22,799 bases of DNA from Bacteroidia bacterium. GTDB taxonomy: Bacteria > Bacteroidota > Bacteroidia > Bacteroidales > VadinHA17. Under the pieces are notes generated by a model. The model did no database searches. It saw only the letters and a list, made by a program, of their open reading frames with translations, and had not been told where the DNA came from. A program made the position numbers and the translations under genes. The stretch spans positions 1 through 22,799 of the forward strand of contig JAPLDX010000024.1 of NCBI GenBank assembly GCA_026391215.1, given 5' to 3'. Shown in pieces: positions 1-8,986 of this stretch (positions within the stretch are counted from its first letter, which is position 1; every line of letters starts with the position of its first letter).

Positions 1-24
1 TTTTCTTTTGTTTCAAAAACCTCA

Positions 25-1464
25 CTAATCCATAGAATGGATTTTTCGGACATTTTTCAAAAATCTTCTACTGAATAAGAAATAAAAAGGGATACCTATC
101 AATGTCAGTAAAAGTCCTATGAATGATTGTTCTGTGTGCTCCCAGATCTGAACTACCGTCAGGGAGGCAGCACAAACAAAGAATATTATCGGAACGAATG
201 GATAACCAAACATCTTCTCCTTTATTGTTCCATTCATTTTTAATTTGATGAGTGCCACTCCAAGCATCCCATAAAAGATATACCCAATAAAGATCACAAG
301 GTCAGTCAACTGATTAAAAGAACCTGAAAAGATAAGCAAGCAGGTCCAAATCATTGAATAGATTAGTGCAGCGACCGGAGTCTTAAATCGGGAATTTACC
401 CTTGCAGCATTTCGGAAGAAACATCCTTCCTGGGCCATTCTGAAATATTTCCTCGGTAAACTTATGATGTTGCTGTTAATGGCACCAAGTGTGCAGACAA
501 TAACAAGTATCAATACAAAACTTATTCCAAGTCTTCCCAGTAAGGCCCCGGCTACATTTAATGCTGCGACATCATTATCATTCAATAAGGCTAATACAGG
601 TAGAGTCAGCACATGGATATAAACATAGTTCGCTAGAACATAAATAATTATGGTTATCCCTATGCCTAAGGACAAAGCAAGTGGAATATTCCGTTTGGGA
701 TTTATAACTTCCCCGGTTACATTAGCAGCGAAAGTCCATCCTTCATATGCCCAGAGAGCGGCAACCAATATGACAAAAAAATTCTTTATAAAAGAGATTT
801 CGGTTACTGTTCCTGTATTATTAATTACTTCTGGATTTGAGACCGGATTTTGAACAGGAAGTACCAATCCGAGCAAAATAATGGACACGATCCCAAGTAT
901 CTTTAAAGAAGTTATTAAATTATTTATAAAGCCGCTCTCCCTTGTACCAATCGCATTTATTGCAGTAAGAATAACTACAGTAATTACGGCAACAATCTTG
1001 ATTCCAAAATCCCTGAAAGGGAAAATCTGACTTCCTACGGAAAATGTCTCCAGTGATTGTAACGGATTCGGTATTGTTATCACCTGGTCTATTGACTCAG
1101 CAAAAAGAAATGCAATCGCAGCACTGGCTCCTGTGCCAATGATCATGAAATCTGCCCACCCCGAAATAAAGGCAAAGAATTTTCCAAAAGCTATCCTGAA
1201 ATATTCATAGGTTCCTCCTGAATCCTCAGTAATTGATGCCAGTCCTCCCATAGTAAACGCACCCAAAAGACTTATTACCCCTCCAAATAGCCAGGCCAAC
1301 AGGATCCAAAATTCATTAAGATCCGATTTGGCCATAGGTATGATCTTCTGGAAAATTCCGCTTCCCACCAGCATTCCTACAACCAAAAGGGTAACGGTTA
1401 TCAAACCAAATTCTCTTTTCAGAGTATTTTGTTCAGGTGCCGTAATTTCTTCCCGGTATTTCAA
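25..1464 (-). CDS. APC-family amino acid permease (LAT/SteT-like)
   Basis: 479 aa with about 12 hydrophobic segments; LKREFG..VGMLVGSGIF (TM1), GGTYEY, WAYEGW..GEVINPKRNIP (TM6), FKTP motifs. TTG start. Confidence 0.9.
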   Translation of the reverse strand: MKYREEITAPEQNTLKREFGLITVTLLVVGMLVGSGIFQKIIPMAKSDLNEFWILLAWLFGGVISLLGAFTMGGLASITEDSGGTYEYFRIAFGKFFAFISGWADFMIIGTGASAAIAFLFAESIDQVITIPNPLQSLETFSVGSQIFPFRDFGIKIVAVITVVILTAINAIGTRESGFINNLITSLKILGIVSIILLGLVLPVQNPVSNPEVINNTGTVTEISFIKNFFVILVAALWAYEGWTFAANVTGEVINPKRNIPLALSLGIGITIIIYVLANYVYIHVLTLPVLALLNDNDVAALNVAGALLGRLGISFVLILVIVCTLGAINSNIISLPRKYFRMAQEGCFFRNAARVNSRFKTPVAALIYSMIWTCLLIFSGSFNQLTDLVIFIGYIFYGMLGVALIKLKMNGTIKEKMFGYPFVPIIFFVCAASLTVVQIWEHTEQSFIGLLLTLIGIPFYFLFSRRFLKNVRKIHSMD

Positions 1465-1470
1465 CTTTGC

Positions 1471-1584
1471 TTATAATTTTCTGGTTGGCAAATATGTCAG
1501 GGGGGAAAATTCATCACCTTTGTTATACTTCTTGCGGTAGGAGATGAAGATGTCGTAATTATATCCTTCAATGATGCTTGACAT
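1471..1584 (-). pseudogene. Truncated N-terminal remnant of a TIR-domain protein (37 aa)
   Basis: Manual translation from ATG 1584: MSSIIEGYNYDIFISYRKKYNKGDEFSPLTYLPTRKL*. YDIFISY matches the TIR first beta-strand motif (YDVFISY). Upstream TAAATTTG element at 1608-1615. Confidence 0.7.
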
Positions 1585-1607
1585 CTAATGTCTATTTATT
1601 TCATTAT

Positions 1608-1615
1608 CAAATTTA
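1608..1615 (-). promoter_or_regulatory. Bacteroidota -7 promoter element (TAAATTTG) upstream of the TIR remnant
   Basis: Exact TAnnTTTG match 23 nt upstream of ATG 1584. Confidence 0.45.
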
Positions 1616-1807
1616 CACCTTGTTTAGATCAAAGTCAATCTTCTTTCAGTCTGTGAGAAGGTGATAGTGTCCAAAAAATGTCGTGGGAAATCCGTCCTTC
1701 GTTGACCACTTCAAAAGACGGTCTAAAAACAATTAACTTATCAGACAACCACATCAAACTATTTTAGATGATGCTCTTGTTGGTGGAGGGATATTTCCAA
1801 TTCATTA

Positions 1808-1840
1808 TTTCGGCCAAAAACAACCCATTTTCGTCCAAAA
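1808..1840. repeat. Imperfect direct repeat with 21-bp period (TTTCGGCCAAAA / TTTCGTCCAAAA)
   Basis: Copies at 1808-1819 and 1829-1840, 11/12 identical. Confidence 0.5.
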
Positions 1841-1850
1841 CCTGGCGCAT

Positions 1851-1877
1851 AAAAAAAGACACTTTTTATAAGTGTCT
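1851..1877 (-). terminator. Intrinsic terminator downstream of tRNA-CAT
   Basis: Stem AGACACTT (1857-1864) / AAGTGTCT (1870-1877) followed by a T-tract on the minus strand (A run 1851-1857). Confidence 0.65.
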
Positions 1878-1888
1878 GATTTTCATTG

Positions 1889-1962
1889 TGGGCCCAGCTG
1901 GGATCGAACCAGCGACCCCCTGATTATGAGTCAGGTGCTCTAACCATCTGAGCTATGGGCCC
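1889..1962 (-). tRNA. tRNA with CAT anticodon, probably tRNA-Ile2 (lysidine) rather than Met
   Basis: GGGCCCATAGCTCAGATGGTTAGAGCACCTGACTCATAATCAGGGGGTCGCTGGTTCGATCCCAGCTGGGCCCA folds into a cloverleaf; anticodon arm CCTGA-CTCATAA-TCAGG; paired 1:72 and no GGG/CCC anticodon stem, so not initiator; resembles ileX-type tRNAs. CCA not encoded. Confidence 0.93.
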
Positions 1963-2035
1963 TCCGTTAAAACGGACTGCAATATTAAATATTTGCAGCT
2001 AATTATGCAAGAACCTTTTAAAAGATTCAAGCTTA

Positions 2036-2635
2036 TTACTTTTTCCTGAGATATGACATGAGAACATTGGCAGCTTCGTCCATATCGTGACCATAGGTTA
2101 GAATACCCGCCCTGTCTCCCGCCATGATGATTATTCTTTTTTCAATCACATCAGATTCACTGAAAAGTCGGAATATATCCTTTGCCAGGCCTATTGTTCC
2201 GTACTCCATTGACGGATTTGTTGTCGGCACCTTATAGATGAGTTCATTCCACAGGTCAATGCAATGTACGTGAACAACTGCCTGTGCTCCCGGATCGGCC
2301 AGGTATATAGCCGCATGGGTAAGGGATTCTGATGAAGCCTTTAATGGTCCGATGCATTGTACGGCATTATCGTCAATATTAAAGGAAAGGACTTTTACAT
2401 AATGTCCAGGTTCAAGCTCGGGTATTTCACCGGTCGCAGAACCCGTTATAATGAACTGGTTCCCGCCCTTTATTCTCATGCTTATATTGCCAAAACCCAC
2501 TCCGTTTTCATAGGCTCCGATAAGATCCATATTGTAAAGCACTTCCCTCCAGTAATTTATTATCTCATACTGTTCATCGGAAATAACAGGGCCGGACTGG
2601 CTCCAATGACAATTGAATTTTACTACCCCTTCCAT
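2036..2635 (-). CDS. Class II aldolase/adducin family protein (MtnB/Ald2/DrdA-like)
   Basis: GNISMR, FIITGS, SSESLTHAAIY, AVVHVH motifs; 1 nt downstream of mtnA. Confidence 0.85.
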   Translation of the reverse strand: MEGVVKFNCHWSQSGPVISDEQYEIINYWREVLYNMDLIGAYENGVGFGNISMRIKGGNQFIITGSATGEIPELEPGHYVKVLSFNIDDNAVQCIGPLKASSESLTHAAIYLADPGAQAVVHVHCIDLWNELIYKVPTTNPSMEYGTIGLAKDIFRLFSESDVIEKRIIIMAGDRAGILTYGHDMDEAANVLMSYLRKK

Positions 2636-2636
2636 T

Positions 2637-3740
2637 TTAATTGAATTTATCAGGAAACATTTTTTTAATATCTTTTTCTGCAGGTTTGCAAATGCCTTTT
2701 TCGGTAATAAGACCGGTAATATATTTTGCCGGCGTTATATCAAATCCATAATTTACAGCTTTGGTATTCTCTGGGCAGATAAGAACTGATCCTATCTTTC
2801 CCCCGGAAAAGCCTGTTACATTTTTCACTTCTTCAGGATCCCGCTCCTCAACTGTGATCTCTGTCATTCCATCACTTATTGAAGCATCAAGTGATGATGA
2901 GGGGAAGACTGAATAAAACGGTACATTATTTTCAGAAGCTGCAAGAGCTTTCAGATATGTTCCAATCTTGTTTGCCACATCCCCTTTGCTGGTCGTGCGG
3001 TCACTGCCGACCATAACAATATCTACCATCCCATGCTGCATAAGGTGTCCACCCGTATTATCAGAAATCAGTGTATGAGGAACACCGGCCTGTCCCAGCT
3101 CCCATGCAGTCAGCCTGGCTCCCTGGTTTAACGGGCGTGTTTCATCAACCCAGACATGAACAGGAATACCTTTCTCATGGGCAAGATATATTGATGATGT
3201 CACTGTTCCGTAATCAATGCACGCGAGCCAGCCTGCATTGCAATGGGTAAGGATATTTACAGGATTTTTAATTTTGCTTATTTCTTTAATAACTTCCAGA
3301 CCGTGAGTACCGATCTGCCGGCAATTTTCCTCTTCTTTTTCGCATATTTCAAGGGCTGCCTGAAGTGCTGTGGCGGAAAGGGAGTATTCCGGAACATTTT
3401 TATTAAGTTTTTCCATTATGTAATTAACTGCCCAGGAAAGGTTGACAGCAGTCGGCCGGCATGAAATAAGATATCTTGCAGCATTTTCAAGATGAAGGTG
3501 AGGATTTGTTGTGGCGGTCATTTCAAGCGTTGCAAGATATATGCCAAATGCGCCCGCGGCACCAATAACAGGAGCTCCGCGTATGATCATTTCTTTTATG
3601 GCATAGAAAATATCATCGACAGTGCGCATTTCCCTGATCTCAAAAAAGAACGGCAGCTTTTGCTGATCAATTGCTCTGACAATCTCCGGATTGGATTCAT
3701 CCAGCCAGATACTCTTATAGTTCTTACCGCCTACAAGCAT
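2637..3740 (-). CDS. mtnA: S-methyl-5-thioribose-1-phosphate isomerase
   Basis: DQQKLP, IRGAPVIG, RPTAVNL, LTHCNAGWLA, DETRPLNQGARLTAWEL, NKIGTY, FDITP motifs. Confidence 0.95.
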   Translation of the reverse strand: MLVGGKNYKSIWLDESNPEIVRAIDQQKLPFFFEIREMRTVDDIFYAIKEMIIRGAPVIGAAGAFGIYLATLEMTATTNPHLHLENAARYLISCRPTAVNLSWAVNYIMEKLNKNVPEYSLSATALQAALEICEKEEENCRQIGTHGLEVIKEISKIKNPVNILTHCNAGWLACIDYGTVTSSIYLAHEKGIPVHVWVDETRPLNQGARLTAWELGQAGVPHTLISDNTGGHLMQHGMVDIVMVGSDRTTSKGDVANKIGTYLKALAASENNVPFYSVFPSSSLDASISDGMTEITVEERDPEEVKNVTGFSGGKIGSVLICPENTKAVNYGFDITPAKYITGLITEKGICKPAEKDIKKMFPDKFN

Positions 3741-3760
3741 TAATTAAATTATTCCTTCAT

Positions 3761-3768
3761 CAAAATTA
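3761..3768 (-). promoter_or_regulatory. -7 promoter element (TAATTTTG) for the mtnA operon
   Basis: TAnnTTTG match 20 nt upstream of the mtnA ATG. Confidence 0.5.
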
Positions 3769-3841
3769 CTCAAATAAAAAATACAAACCCGAAAGGAATC
3801 AGTTTATATGAAAACAACCTTTTTGGACTTATCGACCAATT

Positions 3842-3883
3842 TATTCGAAAATTTTGAATACATTTTTTTATAGTTTAACTTTG
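3842..3883 (+). promoter_or_regulatory. tetR promoter (TTTG-N19-TAACTTTG) overlapped by a candidate TetR operator
   Basis: TTTG 3853-3856, TAACTTTG 3876-3883; near-palindrome TATTCGAAA-A-TTTTGAATA at 3842-3860 (one mismatch). Confidence 0.6.
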
Positions 3884-3919
3884 TAATCAGCAAAAACATC
3901 TTCTCTAAAAACTGAATAT

Positions 3920-4501
3920 ATGATTAATAAAGAGGAATTTAGAAGGAAAGTCATTATCACGGCAGGGGCAATTTTCAGCCGTTACGGATTCAAAAAAACG
4001 ACAATGGATGAAATTGCAAAAGGTCTGAAAATGGGTAAAAGTTCTATTTACTATTATTTTGAAAGCAAGGAAGAGATATTTGAAGCGGTTGTATTGCATG
4101 AAGCTAACATACTTAGAAATGAGCTGACTACGGCAATCAAATCAGTTGAATCGCCTGTTGAAAAATTGAAGAACTATGTCTTCGTTAGAATGAAAACGTT
4201 CGAAAAACTGTCAAATTACTATAATGCAATTTTTGACAAGAACCTTGATCATTTTGATTTTGTGGAGAATATACGCTCACGGTATGACCTTGAAGAGCTC
4301 GCAATTATAAGGCTGATCCTATATCACGGGGCAAGAAAGAAAGTTTTCAGTGTATCAAACAGCGAATACACTGCCCTGGCAATTCAAACAAGCCTGAAAG
4401 GACTTGAAGTTCCTTTGTTCTGGCAAAAGAAAGAGGTGAACATTGAAGACCGTCTGAATGCAATCCTTGATGTATTATTCCACGGGATACTGAAGAAATA
4501 G
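3920..4501 (+). CDS. TetR/AcrR family transcriptional regulator
   Basis: N-terminal HTH: FSRYGFKKTTMDEIAKGLKMGKSSIYYYFESKEEIF. Confidence 0.95.
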   Translation: MINKEEFRRKVIITAGAIFSRYGFKKTTMDEIAKGLKMGKSSIYYYFESKEEIFEAVVLHEANILRNELTTAIKSVESPVEKLKNYVFVRMKTFEKLSNYYNAIFDKNLDHFDFVENIRSRYDLEELAIIRLILYHGARKKVFSVSNSEYTALAIQTSLKGLEVPLFWQKKEVNIEDRLNAILDVLFHGILKK

Positions 4502-4503
4502 GA

Positions 4504-5310
4504 TCACCTTTTTATCTGTGTTCTTTTCTTTTGTTTCAGACTGTAATACAGCCATATAAAACCAAGAATAGTAAAAGGGATGCTCAGCCATTGTCCCATG
4601 TTGAGCTTCATTGAAGATTCAAAATCAACCTGATCTTCTTTCAGGAATTCAATAAAGAAACGTGCAACAAAAATGAGAATAAGCGTCAGGCTTATGAGCA
4701 TACCCTGGATATGTTCGCCTTTTTTTCTCCAGTAAAGCCATAAAAGAAGGCAAAAGATAAGCAGGTAAACAAGCGCCTCATATATCTGTGTAGGATGTTT
4801 TGGTGCAGTCTCTCCGTTCTGCAGGAAAACAAATCCCCAGGGAAGAGTTGTTTCAACCCCATAAATCTCTGAATTCATAAGGTTGCCCATTCTTATAAAG
4901 AAACCCGATAGTGCAACAACAATGGCAACACGGTCAATGGTCCAGGTGAAATCCTTTTTTGCATTTTTTGAAAAGAGCCATATTGATATTATTATGCCAA
5001 TTGCAGCACCATGGCTCGCAAGGCCGCCATGCCAGATTTTCAGTATTTCAACAGGATGTGCTAAATAGTAACCCGGTTCATAAAACAGGCAATGTCCTAG
5101 TCTTGCGCCGACAATGGTGCCAATGGCAACATAGACTGTCAGCTTATCAAGGAGCTCATCGCTCAGGTTCTCGTTTTTAAAGATCCTGCTCAGGATTATA
5201 TATCCAAACAGGAAAGAAGAAGCAAAAAGCAACCCGTACCATCTAACTGCAAATGAGCCAATACGGAATATTTCGGGATTGACATCCCACGGAATAACAA
5301 GTAAATTCAT
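4504..5310 (-). CDS. lgt: Prolipoprotein diacylglyceryl transferase
   Basis: RWYG, GARLGH, GGLASHG, RMGNLMNSE, HPTQIYE, RFFIEF, MGQWLS motifs. Confidence 0.97.
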   Translation of the reverse strand: MNLLVIPWDVNPEIFRIGSFAVRWYGLLFASSFLFGYIILSRIFKNENLSDELLDKLTVYVAIGTIVGARLGHCLFYEPGYYLAHPVEILKIWHGGLASHGAAIGIIISIWLFSKNAKKDFTWTIDRVAIVVALSGFFIRMGNLMNSEIYGVETTLPWGFVFLQNGETAPKHPTQIYEALVYLLIFCLLLWLYWRKKGEHIQGMLISLTLILIFVARFFIEFLKEDQVDFESSMKLNMGQWLSIPFTILGFIWLYYSLKQKKRTQIKR

Positions 5311-5333
5311 ACTCTGCCTGGTATTATGATTGC

Positions 5334-5341
5334 CAAAGTTA
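5334..5341 (-). promoter_or_regulatory. -7 promoter element (TAACTTTG) for lgt
   Basis: Exact TAnnTTTG match 23 nt upstream of the lgt ATG. Confidence 0.5.
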
Positions 5342-5459
5342 AAAATTTAATTTTAGAACGCATTCCGTGAGCAGAATACATTCAGGTTTTATTTGAATTA
5401 CCGGAATTTTCAATAAAAAAATATATATGTTTGTAATTCACAAAATCCAGGGTATATTG

Positions 5460-7250
5460 ATGAGCCGGGGCATATTCAAGCAGATACTTTTTGTTATTCT
5501 GGCCTACACCCTGATGGCCGGCTGTGCAAAAGTAAGCTCTCCTGCAGGCGGCCCCAGAGATAAAAGACCGCCTGTAATCGTCAAAAGCGATCCTGTCGCA
5601 GGTTCAAAATTCTTTACCGGGAATAAGGTTGAAATCACTTTTAATGAATATGTCGTCCTGGATAAAATAAACGAAAAATTCATGGTTTCTCCTCCCCTGA
5701 ATAAGAAACCCGAGGTATCGGTAAAGGGGAAGAGTATTGTTGTTGAATATGAAGATGAACTCAGGGACAGCACAACCTACTCATTTAATTTTCAGGATGC
5801 CGTTAAGGACCTGAATGAGGGCAATGTCTATGATAATCTACAGTTTGTTTTTTCCACGGGATCCGTGATTGATTCCCTATCTATTACAGGCAATGTACTT
5901 AATGCTTTTGTTCTGGATATCCCTGAAACACCACTGATACTTCTTTACAGGGATCTGTCACCTTCAGCGGTTAAGGACACTCTTCCTGATTATATATGCA
6001 GGGCCGGAAAGAATGGATATTTCCGGATAGACAATATACGGGAGGGCAAATACAACCTCTATGCCTTGAAAGACCAGGATAACAGCAGGAATTTTAATCT
6101 GTCGGATGAGGAATTGGCCTTCCTGGACATGCCCGTTGAAGTCTCTCCTGAAAAAAACTACCTTCCAGTGAAGAAGGATACAAGCAAAGTAAAAATCCTA
6201 AAGTCAAAAACTTCTGATACTATTACGATTAAAGGAGAATACAAGCTCATCCTTTTCCAGCATGAGAAAAAAAATCATTATCTGACTTCCTCTTCAAGGA
6301 ATATTTCTTATTTGCTAACCTATACACTTGCCCTGCCTCCTAAGGACCATGATTTTGAATTTTCAATCCCCGAAAGTGCGCCATCTTCATATTTTGTGGA
6401 AAGAAGCAGAAATAAAGACACTATTCAGGTCTGGCTTACCGACACTGCATTATACTCCAGGCAAGTAGTCAATACAATCGTCAGGTATCCCTTTACTGAT
6501 TCAACAGGAGCAACAATAAGCAAGGAGGACACAATTCCCATGCGCTTCGCAACACCCCGCTCACCAAGAACAATGGCAAAACCAGCTCGATATACCGTCA
6601 AAACCAATCTTTCGGCAGGTCCTCTCAGGCCCGGAGAGAAAATTGTTATTCAATCTCAGACTCCGCTAAGGCAGCCAGATACCTCACAGATCAGGATCTA
6701 TGAAGTTAAAGATACTGTTAAGATAAAAGTGCCATTCAGCTTTATAAAAGACAGCATAAATTCCTGCAGGATTTTCATGAATGTGAATCTTGCCCAGGGT
6801 AAAAATTATCTTTATATCGCTGATTCTGCTGCATTTGGCAACATCTATGGAGAATCAGCTGATTCTACGGGGACCAAGATTTCAATAAGAAGTGAAGAAA
6901 CCTTTGGAAAGCTTGTTCTGAACATCAAAGGCTATGAAGGCAGCAGAATAATCCAACTACTGGATAATAATGAAAAAATAGTCAGAGAAACACGGATGAG
7001 CAAGGATGGGAAGATTGAATTTCCACAGCTTGATAAAGGGTTATACAGGGTCAGGGTAATATATGATTTAAACAATGACGGAAAATGGACAACCGGTAAT
7101 TATAATTTTAAATTACAGCCGGAACCTGTCTCATTTTTTTCAAAAGAGCTGGAAATAAAGGAAAACTGGGTCAATGATGAGGACTGGGATATAAGTATTA
7201 AGAATTTTAAAAAGCTGAAAAACATACCCCGGCCAAGTCCGGGCAGATAG
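5460..7250 (+). CDS. Ig-like (Big_5) domain lipoprotein typical of Bacteroidota
   Basis: Lipobox MAGC followed by AKVSSPAGGPRDKRPP; ITFNEYV, FQDAVKDLNEGN, FSTG; DQDNSRNF and DLNNDGKWTTG...QPE. Start moved from 5427 to 5460 because a TATGTTTG promoter element (5426-5433) overlaps the first ATG and the signal peptide length fits better. Confidence 0.8.
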   Translation: MSRGIFKQILFVILAYTLMAGCAKVSSPAGGPRDKRPPVIVKSDPVAGSKFFTGNKVEITFNEYVVLDKINEKFMVSPPLNKKPEVSVKGKSIVVEYEDELRDSTTYSFNFQDAVKDLNEGNVYDNLQFVFSTGSVIDSLSITGNVLNAFVLDIPETPLILLYRDLSPSAVKDTLPDYICRAGKNGYFRIDNIREGKYNLYALKDQDNSRNFNLSDEELAFLDMPVEVSPEKNYLPVKKDTSKVKILKSKTSDTITIKGEYKLILFQHEKKNHYLTSSSRNISYLLTYTLALPPKDHDFEFSIPESAPSSYFVERSRNKDTIQVWLTDTALYSRQVVNTIVRYPFTDSTGATISKEDTIPMRFATPRSPRTMAKPARYTVKTNLSAGPLRPGEKIVIQSQTPLRQPDTSQIRIYEVKDTVKIKVPFSFIKDSINSCRIFMNVNLAQGKNYLYIADSAAFGNIYGESADSTGTKISIRSEETFGKLVLNIKGYEGSRIIQLLDNNEKIVRETRMSKDGKIEFPQLDKGLYRVRVIYDLNNDGKWTTGNYNFKLQPEPVSFFSKELEIKENWVNDEDWDISIKNFKKLKNIPRPSPGR

Positions 7251-7283
7251 ATTAAATACATTAATAATTAAAACTGATAAAAA

Positions 7284-8240
7284 ATGAAAAAAGTAGTTGC
7301 AGGTGTCGACATAGGCGGAACTAATACAAGGTTCGGTCTTGTTGATGAAAAGGGCAAGGTATTGTCTGAAAACAATTTCAAAACAACGGATTATCCAAAG
7401 ATCAATGATTTTGTTCAGGCACTGACTGCCGGAATAAAGAAATTGACAGCGGCTAATAAGGAGTTCAAGCTTGTGGGAATAGGGATCGGGGCCCCGGATG
7501 CAAATTATCACAGGGGAACAATTGAGCATGCACCCAATCTGGCATGGAAGGGCATTGTCCCGCTTGCTGATCTTATTAGAAAGAAAATCAATGTGCCTGT
7601 TGTTGTAACAAATGATGCAAACGCTGCGGCAATGGGAGAGATGATCTTCGGCGTTGCAAAAAAGATGAAGGATTTTATTGTTCTTACTCTTGGAACCGGC
7701 CTTGGCAGCGGAATAGTCATTGACGGCAAAATGGTTTACGGACACACCGGTTTTGCCGGTGAGCTTGGACACATGACAGTTGTCCCCGGAGGAAGGGAAT
7801 GTGGCTGCGGACGAAAAGGATGTTTTGAAGCATATGCTTCAGCTACCGGTCTTGTAAAGACAGTAATTGAGCTTATGAGCGAAATAAGGGATGAGAGCAC
7901 TCTGAGAGACATACCAACGTCAAAGCTTACCTCGAAGAAAATTGCCGAAGCAGCAGCCAAGAAAGATCCTATAGCTGTCAAGGCAATGAATAAAACGGCA
8001 GAAATACTCGGATTCGGGATCATAAATTCAATAGTATTCTCCAGCCCTGAGGCTATAATACTGTTTGGAGGACTTGCAAATGCCGGCGAAATGCTTTTTG
8101 CCCCAACAAGGAAATATCTCAAAGAGAACAACTATGTTCTTATGAAAGATACTGTTAAAATACTTCCTTCCGGAATTCCTGAAAGCAAGGGCGCTGTTAT
8201 GGGTTCAGCCGCACTTATCTGGAATGATCTGAAGAAATAG
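7284..8240 (+). CDS. ROK family sugar kinase (glucokinase-like), copy 1
   Basis: GVDIGGT, NDANAAA, TLGTGLGSG, GELGH, CGCGRKGCFE zinc motif; no N-terminal HTH. Confidence 0.93.
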   Translation: MKKVVAGVDIGGTNTRFGLVDEKGKVLSENNFKTTDYPKINDFVQALTAGIKKLTAANKEFKLVGIGIGAPDANYHRGTIEHAPNLAWKGIVPLADLIRKKINVPVVVTNDANAAAMGEMIFGVAKKMKDFIVLTLGTGLGSGIVIDGKMVYGHTGFAGELGHMTVVPGGRECGCGRKGCFEAYASATGLVKTVIELMSEIRDESTLRDIPTSKLTSKKIAEAAAKKDPIAVKAMNKTAEILGFGIINSIVFSSPEAIILFGGLANAGEMLFAPTRKYLKENNYVLMKDTVKILPSGIPESKGAVMGSAALIWNDLKK

Positions 8241-8291
8241 GAACTTGTTCCCGGCTGCCCTGTCAAAGGCAGGATAAAAATAAAGTAAACA

Positions 8292-8945
8292 ATGAAGGTC
8301 CTGGAAGTTAAAAAGATAGGATTCAAAATGCCGTATCCTGACCTCAGTGAGGTATCTGAAAAACTTGACCGACTGGAAACCAGGATACCTGCAGGTGAAG
8401 TCAACTGGGGAAATTTTCCATACAAGCCGGATGTGGCTTTTTCAATCGGGTATTCTGAAAATGAGCTTCTGCTTAAGTACTATGTCACTGAAAAGTATTT
8501 CAGGGCAGAAAAAACAGAAACCAACCAGGCGGTATACGAAGATTCCTGTGTTGAATTTTTTATATCACCGGGAGATGATGGAATTTATTATAACCTGGAG
8601 TTTAACGGAATTGGCACCTGCCTTATGGGAGCAGGAACTGACAGAAATAACAGGACCAGACTCACTACTGAACTTATTTCGAGAATAAGAAGGCTGACCT
8701 CTGCAGGCAAAAAGCCGGTTGCTGAAATCCCGGGTAAGTTTTTCTGGACAATAACAATCGCAATACCTTTTGAGGTTTTCCTGTATCATGATATCAAAAG
8801 CCTTAAAGGAAAAACCTTCAATGCGAACTTTTACAAATGCGGTGATAAACTCAGAATTCCGCATTACATTACCTGGAATCCGGTTAACACTGAAAAACCG
8901 GATTTTCATAGGCCATCATTTTTCGGACAACTGAGATTCGTATAA
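8292..8945 (+). CDS. CBM9-like (DOMON-fold) carbohydrate-binding family protein without a signal peptide
   Basis: VYEDSCVEFF, YYNLEFN, WTITIAIP, ANFYKCGD, PDFHRPSFFG motifs. Confidence 0.8.
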   Translation: MKVLEVKKIGFKMPYPDLSEVSEKLDRLETRIPAGEVNWGNFPYKPDVAFSIGYSENELLLKYYVTEKYFRAEKTETNQAVYEDSCVEFFISPGDDGIYYNLEFNGIGTCLMGAGTDRNNRTRLTTELISRIRRLTSAGKKPVAEIPGKFFWTITIAIPFEVFLYHDIKSLKGKTFNANFYKCGDKLRIPHYITWNPVNTEKPDFHRPSFFGQLRFV

Positions 8946-8986
8946 GAAATTGAAAAAAATATACCTTTAAATTAAATATTACTTCC

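Noticed and set aside
1889-1962. Initiator tRNA-fMet
   Set aside because: Has a paired G1-C72 and lacks three consecutive G-C pairs in the anticodon stem.
8255-8272. Short CTGCC...GGCAG hairpin between the ROK and CBM9-like genes
   Set aside because: 5-bp stem with no U-tract in the sense direction; too weak to call.
7140-8425. Long antisense ORFs (210, 131, 97 aa) over the ROK gene, and similar shadow ORFs across the window
   Set aside because: They overlap well-supported genes and show no recognisable motifs.
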